39,378 nt of DNA from Holosporaceae bacterium (GTDB taxonomy: Bacteria > Pseudomonadota > Alphaproteobacteria > UBA3830), in NCBI GenBank assembly GCA_031283965.1, contig JAITAU010000064.1, forward strand, positions 1 to 39,378. The letters are read 5' to 3'. The notes beneath the pieces are model-generated. The model did no database searches, was not told the origin of the DNA, and saw nothing but the letters and a program-made list of their open reading frames with translations. The position numbers and the translations under genes were made by a program. This document shows positions 1 to 8,852 of the stretch, piece after piece; position 1 is the stretch's first letter, and every line of letters starts with the position of its first letter.

Positions 1-299
1 AACGTCGTGAGACAGTTTGGTCCCTATCTGCCGTGGGTGTTCGAGAATTGAGAGGAGCTGCTCCTAGTACGAGAGGACCGGAGTGGACATGTCACTAGTG
101 TACCGGTTGTGACGCCAGTTGCAGCGCCGGGTAGCCATAACATGGAAGAGATAACCGCTGAAAGCATCTAAGCGGGAAACTCGCCTCGAAACTAGTTCTC
201 GCCATTAGGGCCGTGGAAGATCACCACGTTGATAGGCCGGATGTGGAAGCGCAGTAATGCGTGCAGCTAACCGGTACTAATAGCCCGATCGGCTTAATA
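1..299 (+). rRNA. rrl: 23S rRNA, 3'-terminal ~300 nt (the rest lies upstream of the window)
   Basis: The window opens with AACGTCGTGAGACAGTTTGGTCCCTATCTGCCGTGGG...CTCCTAGTACGAGAGGACCGGAGTGGAC and continues to GCTAACCGGTACTAATAGCCCGATCGGCTTAAT. This is colinear with the conserved domain VI/3' end of bacterial 23S rRNA as I recall it from E. coli. The exact 3' end is +/- a few nt. Confidence 0.95.
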
Positions 300-370
300 C
301 ACAACAATCAGTCGTAAGCTTCCCAATGGACTTAGCTCCAGATGGTTTGTCCGGTTTTTTGGCTTTATTT

Positions 371-489
371 GGTCTGGTGGCCATGGCGAGGAATAAAACG
401 CTCCATCCCATCCCGAACTGGAAAGCGAAAGTCCTCTGCGGCAATGGTACTACGTCTTAAGACGTGGGAGAGTAGCACGCTGCCAGGCT
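371..489 (+). rRNA. rrf: 5S rRNA
   Basis: GGTCTGGTGGCCATGGCGAGG...CCCATCCCGAACTGG...GGTACTACGTCTTAAGACGTGGGAGAGTAGCACGCTGCCAGGCT carries the conserved 5S motifs. The terminal helix pairs 371-377 with 483-489, and the gene lies ~70 nt after the 23S end. ORF 365..559(-) is an artefact over this gene. Confidence 0.92.
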
Positions 490-743
490 TAATAAGGCCA
501 AAAGGGTGATTCCAAACCCTGAAACGGAGCCTTTTCGTTTGTTTCTCATCCTTCTCCAATCATTTTTCTATCTTTTTTAGCGAATCATCCGTCATAATGC
601 CCATTCGTCCTCTTTATATGGGCTCGCTTTCCCGCAAAAAATGCCATTTACGATGTAATCTTTGAAAAAAGTTTATAGTTAACACAAAAGCAACACTTTT
701 TATGTTTAATCCACCCTAGGTCGTAATGCTGGGATGAAGAACA

Positions 744-2969
744 ATGCGCATAGACATAATCGTTCCCGATTTTGATGATTCATCAAACGAAGTGATACTT
801 TCTTCTTGGTATAAGAAAATTGGCGATAAGATTTTCAAAAACGAAATCATCGCAGACGCTGAAACTCCGTCTGTAGCCTGTGGAATTACCTCAAGCTATG
901 ACTGCGTATTGGCTAAAATTCTTGTTAAAGAAGGCGAGTCCATCGCTCAGGGTACTAAAATAGCCGTCATCGAAACAGATTTAAACGCTGCTGCAGATAT
1001 TAGCCGGCAGACAGAGGTGGAGGACGCAGAAAATATGTCCAAAATGATAGATCCACAAATCCAGAAAGATAAGCAGGAATATGATAAGGAAAACGCCAAT
1101 AAATCCCTGAACGGCAAGGGCTATTCCCTTTCAATACCATCCGATGGCGCCGGCGCCGCCGACATCGTCGATCACTCCGACGCCGCCCCAGACCTCGTTG
1201 ACCACTCCGTCGCTGATGATGAAGAAGAAAAAATCCTCAACGGCGCCAGCGTTGAAGCGGAAGAAAAATTTAAAAACATCCTCCGGGAAGCCGAAAGCGT
1301 GGCCAAGGAGGAGGCGAAAAAACTGAAGGAAAAAGTACTGGAGGACACCATGGAGCAGGCGCGCGCCCAGGCGGAGGAATTGAAGTTGCAAATCATGAAG
1401 GAATACGGCGAAAAGGCCACCAAAGAAGCCAGTGAAATGCACCATAAAATAGTTCAAGAATCTCTGCAGGAGGCCGAAAGCACCAAGATAAAGCTAATAG
1501 AAGACATCCACAAGAAGGCCCTACAGGAGGCGGAGGAGGCGAGAGAAACCATCATCAGGGACGCCAAGAAGAAGGGAGAAGAGGAAGCCAGTACCATCCT
1601 GGAGGAGACCGTCTCTCGGGCTAAGGAAAAAGCTAAGTCTGAAGCGGAGGATGCCTCCAGAAAGATAATAGAGGACAGCATCCAGGAGGCAAAGTCTGAG
1701 GCGAAGGCCATAAAGAAGGACATCATCCATTCGGCCCAAAAGCATGCCGTGAAGGAATCCGAGAACATCATCAAAAATATAATAAATCAGGCGAGACAGC
1801 GTTACGAGAGTCAGGTCAGAGAGATAATGGCCGCCAACGAGCTGGCTGTGCAGGAGGCTGAGCAGCTGCGCAAAGCTACTCTGGATACCATGCGCACCGA
1901 GGTCACCGAAACCATGAATTTGACCCTACAGTCCGTGATCAAGGAAATACGCCATTCGCTCAAACTCTCCATTGAGGAGGTGGTGAAAGAGGTGAAATCC
2001 AGCATTACTACCATGGTGACTGAGGTGAAAAATTCACTGGAAAAGGATTACGAGCGCGAAAGGGATTATGAGCGCGAAAAGGATTACGAACGCGAAAGGG
2101 ATTATGAGCGCGATGAAAGGGAAGTTCGTCGGCAGCTGCAGTCGATACCGAGGGAGATCGATGACGATCGTCAACGGGAAACGGTGCGGAAGCTCCTCAG
2201 GACTGACGTCGACCGCCGTCCTGAAATCTACCCTGACAACTGGAACAAACCGCAATTTTTCGCATCTCCGGACGATCGTATGGAGCAGATGGATCCACTG
2301 AAGCGCCGTATTTTCGAGAAAATGAAGAATCACTATGATGCCTCGGTTATTTCCACCGTCTCCCATGACGTGGACATGAGCGCCGTTCTGGCACTGGAGA
2401 AAAATTTCGGCGAGGCGTTTTCCGAAAAACACAATGTTCGGCTAGGATTTACACCATTTTTTGTGTCCGCCTGCGTGCGCGCCCTGAAGCAATATCGCAT
2501 ATTCAACGCCCACATCAGGGGAGATGAGGTGATATACAAAAACAGCTTTGATATATCCATCATAACCTGCGGCAACGACGGCGTCGCAGCGCCTGTGATA
2601 AGACACGCCGACTCGCTCTCCATCGCCGAAATCGAAAGATCCATGATCGCTCTCTCCCAAAGGGCCGTCAACGGGACATTGTCCATCGAGGAGGTCTCCG
2701 GGGGAACATTTACGGTGGTCAACGCCGGAATTTATGGTTCCATCATGGGGACAGATCTGCTGACTCCACCACAAGTGGCTACTCTCAGTGTTCACAAGAT
2801 GCACCACAGACCTGTGGCCACCGAAGACGGCGCCATTGAAGTGAGACCGATGCTCTACATTTCCCTCTCCTATGATCACAGAATTTCCGATACCAAAAAA
2901 GCCTCGGAGTTCCTCGGGAAAATCAAAGAATACGTCGAAAATCCAGGGTGGCAGATCCTGGGGCTGTGA
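744..2969 (+). CDS. sucB: SucB-type 2-oxoacid dehydrogenase E2 acyltransferase homologue, atypical (degenerate lipoyl domain plus ~400-aa charged insert)
   Basis: The C-terminal ~230 aa align by eye with the E2 catalytic domain: RLGFTPFFVSACVRALK, GGTFTVVNAGIYGS, PPQVATLSVHKM, LSYDHRISD (the DHRxxD motif). The N-terminal ~78 aa are a biotinyl/lipoyl-type fold (VPDF...WYKKIGDKI...AKILVKEGESI). The middle is E/K/A-rich low-complexity helix. Confidence 0.85.
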   Translation: MRIDIIVPDFDDSSNEVILSSWYKKIGDKIFKNEIIADAETPSVACGITSSYDCVLAKILVKEGESIAQGTKIAVIETDLNAAADISRQTEVEDAENMSKMIDPQIQKDKQEYDKENANKSLNGKGYSLSIPSDGAGAADIVDHSDAAPDLVDHSVADDEEEKILNGASVEAEEKFKNILREAESVAKEEAKKLKEKVLEDTMEQARAQAEELKLQIMKEYGEKATKEASEMHHKIVQESLQEAESTKIKLIEDIHKKALQEAEEARETIIRDAKKKGEEEASTILEETVSRAKEKAKSEAEDASRKIIEDSIQEAKSEAKAIKKDIIHSAQKHAVKESENIIKNIINQARQRYESQVREIMAANELAVQEAEQLRKATLDTMRTEVTETMNLTLQSVIKEIRHSLKLSIEEVVKEVKSSITTMVTEVKNSLEKDYERERDYEREKDYERERDYERDEREVRRQLQSIPREIDDDRQRETVRKLLRTDVDRRPEIYPDNWNKPQFFASPDDRMEQMDPLKRRIFEKMKNHYDASVISTVSHDVDMSAVLALEKNFGEAFSEKHNVRLGFTPFFVSACVRALKQYRIFNAHIRGDEVIYKNSFDISIITCGNDGVAAPVIRHADSLSIAEIERSMIALSQRAVNGTLSIEEVSGGTFTVVNAGIYGSIMGTDLLTPPQVATLSVHKMHHRPVATEDGAIEVRPMLYISLSYDHRISDTKKASEFLGKIKEYVENPGWQILGL
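2043..2114 (+). repeat. In-frame tandem repeat, 4 x 18 nt (equivalently 2 x 36 nt), encoding (K/R)DYERE
   Basis: The units are aaggattacgagcgcgaa / agggattatgagcgcgaa / aaggattacgaacgcgaa / agggattatgagcgcgat, giving KDYERERDYEREKDYERERDYERD inside the E2 homologue. Confidence 0.9.
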
Positions 2970-3036
2970 GAAAGCATCCGTAATTCCAAAGAAGGCGGAA
3001 ATTTGGTACTCTGGACGCCCAACGTGGAGGATCCAG

Positions 3037-3399
3037 GTGCTCAGACAGCTTAACGTGCGCGATTACGAGATCCATCTTCTGCTGGGGAACAATGAATCCG
3101 AGAGGTTAAAAAAACAAAGGGTAATCCTCAACGTCAGTCTGCGATTCTCCGGCGACAACGGCGCCTGCCACAGCGATTCTCTGGAGGATACCGTCTGCTA
3201 CAGTAAATTGCTGGCCTTTATCGACGAAAAATTAAAAAATGCGAGATTTAATTTGATAGAACGGGCCGCAGAATTTCTCCACGACGAAATTTCCGATTAT
3301 TTGAACAACGGGGAGATTCTGGTACGGGTCAAGGTGGTGAAATTTCCATACGCCATAAAAAACCCGGACGGAGTCTCTTTCATCTGCTCCGATTGGTGA
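3037..3399 (+). CDS. folB: Dihydroneopterin aldolase family protein (FolB/FolX)
   Basis: LGNNESERLKKQRVILNVSL....SDSLEDTVCYSKLLAFIDEKLKNARFNLIERAAEFLHDEI matches the FolB pattern (E. coli IGVYDWEQ..QKLVFDIEM...SDDVADCLSYADI...ARFALVERVAEEV). The listed ORF starts at 2872, inside the upstream gene. I place the start at the in-frame GTG at 3037, but this is uncertain. Confidence 0.75.
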   Translation: MLRQLNVRDYEIHLLLGNNESERLKKQRVILNVSLRFSGDNGACHSDSLEDTVCYSKLLAFIDEKLKNARFNLIERAAEFLHDEISDYLNNGEILVRVKVVKFPYAIKNPDGVSFICSDW

Positions 3400-3613
3400 T
3401 GGAGAAGCGTGAAGAGCGTGTGGAGGCGCAATCCAGCCGTGAGATTCTGCCGCCGGCGACAACCAGCGCAGACACTTTTTGCTGCACATAAGTTCGATCT
3501 ACCATCTGTATTTTACCAGTCATTGAATCTCTTTCGACTTCTAAAACACATCACGTAGCGACGGCAACCGGGGGATAATGGGAAGTTAGGGGCGATGTTG
3601 AGGGCGGCCCGCG

Positions 3614-4561
3614 CTAGCCAATATTTCTGATGGCGTCCAGGATCACCGGGCCGAGCATGACGATGAAGAGGCAGGGCAGGGTGAAAAACACCATCGGCAG
3701 TATCATCAGCGTCGGGATTTTTGCGGCCTTGGCTTCGGCCAGCAGCATTCTCTTCCTTCTGGCTTCGATGGCGATGTTTTTCAGGGACACGGACAGCGAA
3801 GCTCCGTGCTCGATGGATTGGGAGATGGTTCTGGACACCACATTGATGGCCTGGGACTCAACCCGATCCTCCAGATTTCTGAAAACCACCTTATAATTTG
3901 GCATCATTTCCAATTCTATGGATGTGTAGGCTAACTCATCCCTTAATGTCCGGTTGGAAGACCGCAATTCTTCGGCAATTCTCTTTATGCATTTGTTCAG
4001 GCTCAGTCCGGCCTCAACGCAGATTATGAAAAGGTCGATTAGATCAGGGACTCCGCGGTCTATCTCCTTTTCTCTCTCCTGCGCCAGCATTGCCAATTGC
4101 AAATCCGTACACCAATGTCCCGCCATAATTCCAAACACCAGGGAGATAAACACCTGAATCACCATGGGAATGTTCCAAGCGGGACAATATGGCTCGATGA
4201 CTAGGTAAGCGCCAAGAAATAACACGACCATGGCTATCATTTTCATTCTCAGAAATTTTTCCACGGCGTCGTATTCCCTCATGCCGGCCTTTACCGTGAG
4301 CCGCTTTACCTTTTTCAAGAATTCCTGTTCCGCAGAAGAAATATTACTGAACACGCGACTTTTAAGGGTTCTATTTTTCCTGGTATCATTGCCGCGTCTG
4401 CGTTCTCTTATGGTGGCGGACGACGTTGCGACCCTGGAGATCTTCGATGTAATGAGCTCTGGCAGTAATTCTTGAGGACGCTTCCTGGTCCAGATGATAA
4501 TTGGCAGAACTATGGAAAACACCGTCGCAAAAATTATAAGATTCAGAATAAAGTTGCTCAT
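3614..4561 (-). CDS. tadC: Tad pilus inner-membrane platform protein TadC (T2SS-F family)
   Basis: Carries a T2SSF-type domain (VPDLIDLFIICVEAGLSLNKCIKRIAEEL...GASLSVSLKNIAIEARRKRMLLAEAKAAKIPTLMILPMVFF). It is the last gene of the cpa/tad operon and abuts the tadB stop. Confidence 0.85.
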   Translation of the reverse strand: MSNFILNLIIFATVFSIVLPIIIWTRKRPQELLPELITSKISRVATSSATIRERRRGNDTRKNRTLKSRVFSNISSAEQEFLKKVKRLTVKAGMREYDAVEKFLRMKMIAMVVLFLGAYLVIEPYCPAWNIPMVIQVFISLVFGIMAGHWCTDLQLAMLAQEREKEIDRGVPDLIDLFIICVEAGLSLNKCIKRIAEELRSSNRTLRDELAYTSIELEMMPNYKVVFRNLEDRVESQAINVVSRTISQSIEHGASLSVSLKNIAIEARRKRMLLAEAKAAKIPTLMILPMVFFTLPCLFIVMLGPVILDAIRNIG

Positions 4562-4562
4562 T

Positions 4563-5540
4563 TTACACAGTTATTTTTGATATTTTTATCATGGCAAACG
4601 TTCCCGCACAGAGTAAACAAAACGCTATTTTCAAGAGAACGATGCCGCCCGGCGTGAGGAAGCCGCTCAGATGATCCGGCTGCATAGTTCCGACGATGAG
4701 GGCAAAGACAAACGGTAGTGCGCTTATGATGATGGCCGACACCTTTGCTTCAGCCGACAGCGCCTGTATCTTCAATTCCAGCTCAGTTCTCTTTTTCACT
4801 ATGTCTGATATGTTTTGCAGTGTTTCGGTTAGGGACCCGCCGGTTTCCATCTGCAGCACCAGAGCTATAACCAAAAACCTGAATTCATCAATATCCACAC
4901 TGTCGGCGGCTTCGAAGAGAACTCTTTTGGGATTGATGCCCACTTCCATTCTTTGGCTGATGTCCCTGTATATGCTGGAGATTGGATCTCTTGTTTCCGC
5001 GCTTATCAGCTTTATCATCCTCTCGATGGTCAGACCAACCTGGACGTATCTGGTCATGGCATCCAGCACTTCCGGAAATTGATTAAGAAATTTCTTTTTT
5101 CTTACGGCGGACATGGATACAAAGACGCTATAGGTTACGTATGCTCCACAGCAGAAACCGATGATGGCACTCTTCAACACGTCCAAAAGATCCAACCAAG
5201 TTACCGCCACCGCCATAATAGAGCCGCCGATTATGCAGCACACAATGAAACGCTTCTCACTTACGTTGGTTATGCCGCCATTTTTCATGATTTCTTTTAT
5301 GCGTTCGCCGAGAGAAAGCGATTTCTGAATCTCTTTTTTTTGCGGCTTGCCGAAGGCGTTCGATTTGACCACCTTCACCCGTGTTTCCTGTAGTGCGGAA
5401 AAGTTCTCCAGCCTACTTTTGATTTTTTTGGATTCAGCATCTTTGGCTTTGCTTCGCATAACTAGCCAGCAGCCTCCCAAAAACAACACCAGCGTTATTA
5501 TAAACACCGCTGCATAAATCAGATACATGCTCTGCGTCAT
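4563..5540 (-). CDS. tadB: Tad pilus inner-membrane platform protein TadB (T2SS-F family)
   Basis: Carries a T2SSF domain (FPEVLDAMTRYVQVGLTIERMIKLI...METGGSLTETLQNISDIVKKRTELELKIQALSAEAKVSAIII). Its start overlaps the cpaF stop by 4 nt. Confidence 0.85.
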   Translation of the reverse strand: MTQSMYLIYAAVFIITLVLFLGGCWLVMRSKAKDAESKKIKSRLENFSALQETRVKVVKSNAFGKPQKKEIQKSLSLGERIKEIMKNGGITNVSEKRFIVCCIIGGSIMAVAVTWLDLLDVLKSAIIGFCCGAYVTYSVFVSMSAVRKKKFLNQFPEVLDAMTRYVQVGLTIERMIKLISAETRDPISSIYRDISQRMEVGINPKRVLFEAADSVDIDEFRFLVIALVLQMETGGSLTETLQNISDIVKKRTELELKIQALSAEAKVSAIIISALPFVFALIVGTMQPDHLSGFLTPGGIVLLKIAFCLLCAGTFAMIKISKITV

Positions 5541-6886
5541 GTTCCCAACCTCTCGCTTTTTTCGAATGCGCTTTTCATTATGGATAATAATTCTTCATCT
5601 AGGCCATAGGCGATCGCCTTTTGAACGAAGCTTGGACTGTCGGTCATGGCTCTAAAATCGCCCACCACCCGGTGATCCGGCGTTTCTCCAGTCGGCACAA
5701 ATTTAAATATGTCTTGACAATGTATGTCGCCTCTGTCGTCGATGCCGATTACCTCGGTGATTTCTGTGATTTTTCTACTTCCATCGTGTAGACGCTCCGT
5801 CTGCACCACAAGATTGACGGCTCCGGCGATCTGCATCCTCACGACCTCGTTCGGCAGGTTAAAACCAGCCATGGCCACCATGTTTTCCATGCGAACCAGA
5901 GCTTCCTTAGCGCTGTTGGCGTGAATCGTGGACATGGAACCGTCGTGACCGGTGTTCATTGCCTGCAACATGTCGAGACATTCCGCGCCGCGAACCTCTC
6001 CGATAACCATGCGGTCCGGACGCATACGGAGGGCGTTCTTGACGAGATCTCGAATCGTAACTTCCCCTTTGCCTTCGGTGTTTGGCGGACGGCTTTCCAG
6101 CCTCACCACGTGCGGCTGCTGCAGTTTCAACTCGGCCGAGTCCTCGCAGGTCACTATGCGATCCCGTGGGTCGATGAGCTGGGACAGGGCGTTCAACATC
6201 GTCGTTTTTCCGGAGCCGGTGCCGCCGGAGATGATGATATTCAAGCTGGAAATGGCGGCGATTCTCAATACCCTGTGCATATCCTGCGTCAAGGAGCCGT
6301 ATCCCGTCAATGCGTCCAAACCGACGGACTTTTTGAAAAACTTACGGATGGATATGGAGGTGCCATTGAGCGCCACTGGGGGGATGACGATGTTGACGCG
6401 GCTTCCATCCGCCAACCGCGCGTCGCAGAGCGGGCTGAAGGTGTCGACGTGTCTTCCAACTCGGTGAGCGATCCTTTGGGCTATCTGGGTCAAGTGGGCC
6501 TCGTCCCTGAATTTTATGTGAGTGAGCTCCAAAAAGCCCTTCCGCTCCACGTAAATTTGGTCGCAGCGGTTTATAACGATTTCGGTGATGGCGTCATCCT
6601 CCAGTAAAACTCCGATCGGGCCGAAGCCGATCATGTCGTCTACCAACTCGCGGGCCACCAGCTGCTGCTCGGATCTGGTCAGAGGGGCGCGTCTCTCATC
6701 CGTGTAATCGAAGACAAAATTTTCGACCTCTCCCAGCAGCTCTTCCGGAGTCATTTCGAAGGCAGAAACCAAATTTATTCGACTGAACAGCGCTTCGTAG
6801 GCGTCTTTCCTGAAAGAGTTCAGCAGAATAGACTCTTCCGGAGCCTCCGCCAATTTATCCGCTTGCGTGTTGGCCACTGTAGCCAT
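5537..6886 (-). CDS. cpaF: Tad pilus secretion ATPase CpaF/TadA
   Basis: Has Walker A GGTGSGKTT and the VirB11/GspE-like motifs CEDSAEL, RMRPDRMVIGEVRGAE and NTGHDGSMSTIHANSA. Confidence 0.93.
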   Translation of the reverse strand: MATVANTQADKLAEAPEESILLNSFRKDAYEALFSRINLVSAFEMTPEELLGEVENFVFDYTDERRAPLTRSEQQLVARELVDDMIGFGPIGVLLEDDAITEIVINRCDQIYVERKGFLELTHIKFRDEAHLTQIAQRIAHRVGRHVDTFSPLCDARLADGSRVNIVIPPVALNGTSISIRKFFKKSVGLDALTGYGSLTQDMHRVLRIAAISSLNIIISGGTGSGKTTMLNALSQLIDPRDRIVTCEDSAELKLQQPHVVRLESRPPNTEGKGEVTIRDLVKNALRMRPDRMVIGEVRGAECLDMLQAMNTGHDGSMSTIHANSAKEALVRMENMVAMAGFNLPNEVVRMQIAGAVNLVVQTERLHDGSRKITEITEVIGIDDRGDIHCQDIFKFVPTGETPDHRVVGDFRAMTDSPSFVQKAIAYGLDEELLSIMKSAFEKSERLGT

Positions 6887-6904
6887 TTTCGTACTTCCTC
6901 CGCG

Positions 6905-8125
6905 CTATTTTTTCTTGAATATACTTTTTATTTTATCCAATACTGCGCTTGTGTTTTTTCCTAAATTCTTCCCGATGCGCAGATAGTCAGTCTTACCCAA
7001 AATATCCTCCGCGATGCTCTCCAATGAGCTTGTCATGGCGCAGTTGATGGAGGCGAGCGGCTGGCCAATGTTGGCCGAAGCCAGCGGCATGCGATCATCG
7101 TGCGGCATAACATAGTCGATCTTGCGGGCAATCACCTCTTCGAAGGATTCTTTACTCAGAGCTCCGCTACTGGACATCCCGATCCTGTTGGCAACCACTA
7201 TGATCTTCTTGGTGGGATATCTGCTGTACAAGAATTGTAGTACGCGGACGGAATTTTGGACCGAAGCCACGCTCATTTCCACCATAAGAACGAAAATATC
7301 CGCTAGGTTCATGGATATTTCGTTGGCGGAACAGGGTTGCCGTTTGGAATCCACCAGCACATAGTTGAATCCCTCTTTGATGTAGCTCACCAGGGTTCCG
7401 AATGCCTCTGCATTGACGGTGTCGTCGTCGTTGAGATCCAGTAGTCCGTCCAAATAAAACAATCGTTGATCGTATCTTTTCAGAAATGTGTCCACGAAGT
7501 AGTCGTCGATTTTATCGAAGGATCCCAGAGCCTTTACGTAGGAGCTTTCGGCTCTTATATCCATCAACAGATGGGCGCTGCCGTAGCAAAAGTCTGTATC
7601 TATGACGACGGTGCGCTTGAAGTAGCGGTTCGACAACAGCCAACCGACATTCACCGCCGTAGTGGTGGCTCCGGCCCCGCCGACGGAGTTGGCGAAGTAC
7701 ACAAGCTTGCCGGATTTCCTTGTGATGCTCCTTCGGGCGACGTCTACGCCCTCAATTGCTCTTTGCACCAGATCGATGCTCAGCGGCTTCACCAGATAAT
7801 CGATGACGCCAATATCCATGAAGTCACGGAACAGTCCCACTTCATTCCTGCCGCCAATTATGATGAAGTTCACATCCGGCGCGGCGTATTCCTTGATCTT
7901 CGCCACCTCGCCAACCGGTAGTTCCAGCTCGGAGACGTCAATAATCAAAATTTTGGGCGGTTTATTTTTTTTCAGAAAATCCACCACATCCATGACGCCG
8001 CCGCGGAAGACCGACGAATGTGGCAGGCCCATTTTGTCGATGGTGGTAACGATAATCTGCTCGGATACAGAGTCGTCAACAAACCCAATTATGTTCCTCG
8101 ACAGCTCAGAATCATTTTCAGCCAT
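6905..8125 (-). CDS. cpaE: Tad pilus assembly protein CpaE/TadZ (receiver-like N-domain plus ParA/MinD-like domain with atypical P-loop)
   Basis: The N-terminus is a pseudo-receiver fold (ILIIDVSE...IIIGGRNEVGLFRDFMDIGVIDYLVKP). This is followed by FANSVGGAGATTTAVNVG (a deviant Walker A, as is typical of TadZ) and a MinD-like remainder. It sits between cpaD and cpaF. Confidence 0.85.
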   Translation of the reverse strand: MAENDSELSRNIIGFVDDSVSEQIIVTTIDKMGLPHSSVFRGGVMDVVDFLKKNKPPKILIIDVSELELPVGEVAKIKEYAAPDVNFIIIGGRNEVGLFRDFMDIGVIDYLVKPLSIDLVQRAIEGVDVARRSITRKSGKLVYFANSVGGAGATTTAVNVGWLLSNRYFKRTVVIDTDFCYGSAHLLMDIRAESSYVKALGSFDKIDDYFVDTFLKRYDQRLFYLDGLLDLNDDDTVNAEAFGTLVSYIKEGFNYVLVDSKRQPCSANEISMNLADIFVLMVEMSVASVQNSVRVLQFLYSRYPTKKIIVVANRIGMSSSGALSKESFEEVIARKIDYVMPHDDRMPLASANIGQPLASINCAMTSSLESIAEDILGKTDYLRIGKNLGKNTSAVLDKIKSIFKKK

Positions 8126-8161
8126 GGTAAAACACTTCTCTTGATCTCATTGTCCAATTCA

Positions 8162-8851
8162 TTATTTTGCAGCTCCTCCTGATGCTAGACCACCCGAATT
8201 GCCCTGTCCGGGAATCAACGAATCCGCCTTCATACCTTTATATTTTCTTGGAGCAATGATATCGGCGCTGTTGAATATCATTTCCCTAAGATTATAGGAG
8301 GCGGACGCTCCAAATTTCGGTATGCTTTTGTTGGTGTTTATGTCGCCTATGTCCTCGGACCATTTGTCGCAGTCGGTCATTGTTGCTTCGTATTTGAGTA
8401 TATCCATTCTGATTCCTGTTTTGGCGTCCCTGTAGACGCAGGCGCCGGAATCGATGATTCTGCTGTTGGGGAAACCGCATCTGTACATCGCTCGAAGAAT
8501 CTGTTTGCGGGCTTTTTCCTGCAGCTGAAGTGGTATTGGCTTGCCTGACATCAACGTAAACCCGATATTGCCGACTCCATTGCCCTTGGCGACCTGGAGT
8601 AGGCTCAGCATTCTCAACAATTCGCTATCCGGCAGGTTAAAATTCTGGTCTAGGCTGAAGAAATAAGAGATTTTATGTTCTTTCACATTCAGCGACGTGT
8701 CCTCTGGCGCGTATTCTTTGTCTATCGGATGTTGATAGTCGCAGCAGCCGCACAAAAGAAGACAAATGGCCGTCAGGAATCGCCCCGCTTGATAAATACT
8801 TGCCGGCGCGTTCGATGGATGACAGTTTTGTTCGCGCATTTCAATCCTCAC
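8162..8851 (-). CDS. cpaD: Pilus assembly lipoprotein CpaD
   Basis: The N-terminus is lipoprotein-like (AICLLLCGCC). It occupies the CpaD position between the secretin and cpaE. The C-terminal ...FGASASYNLREMIFNSADIIAPR resembles the conserved CpaD C-terminus. The start could instead be the ATG at 8839. Confidence 0.65.
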   Translation of the reverse strand: MRIEMREQNCHPSNAPASIYQAGRFLTAICLLLCGCCDYQHPIDKEYAPEDTSLNVKEHKISYFFSLDQNFNLPDSELLRMLSLLQVAKGNGVGNIGFTLMSGKPIPLQLQEKARKQILRAMYRCGFPNSRIIDSGACVYRDAKTGIRMDILKYEATMTDCDKWSEDIGDINTNKSIPKFGASASYNLREMIFNSADIIAPRKYKGMKADSLIPGQGNSGGLASGGAAK

Positions 8852-8852
8852 A

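Noticed and set aside
365-559. 64-aa minus-strand ORF
   Set aside because: It lies entirely antisense over the 5S rRNA gene and its flank, and is an artefact of the structured RNA sequence.
1131-2879. Stack of minus- and plus-strand ORFs (108, 83, 106, 74, 67, 132, 129, 145 aa and others) inside the E2 homologue
   Set aside because: They are alternative or antisense frames of a purine-rich, low-complexity coding region. Their products are F/S/L-rich nonsense with no motifs, while the + frame carries the recognisable E2 domains.
2872-3036. N-terminal 55 codons of the listed 175-aa folB ORF
   Set aside because: They overlap the last ~100 nt of the upstream gene and show no FolB similarity, which begins around LRQLNVRDYEI. 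An in-frame GTG at 3037 gives a normal-length protein.
5724-6607. Long plus-strand ORFs (66, 228, 171 aa) within cpaF
   Set aside because: They are antisense to a strongly conserved ATPase gene. The products are R/G/A-rich, typical of antisense frames in GC-moderate coding DNA.
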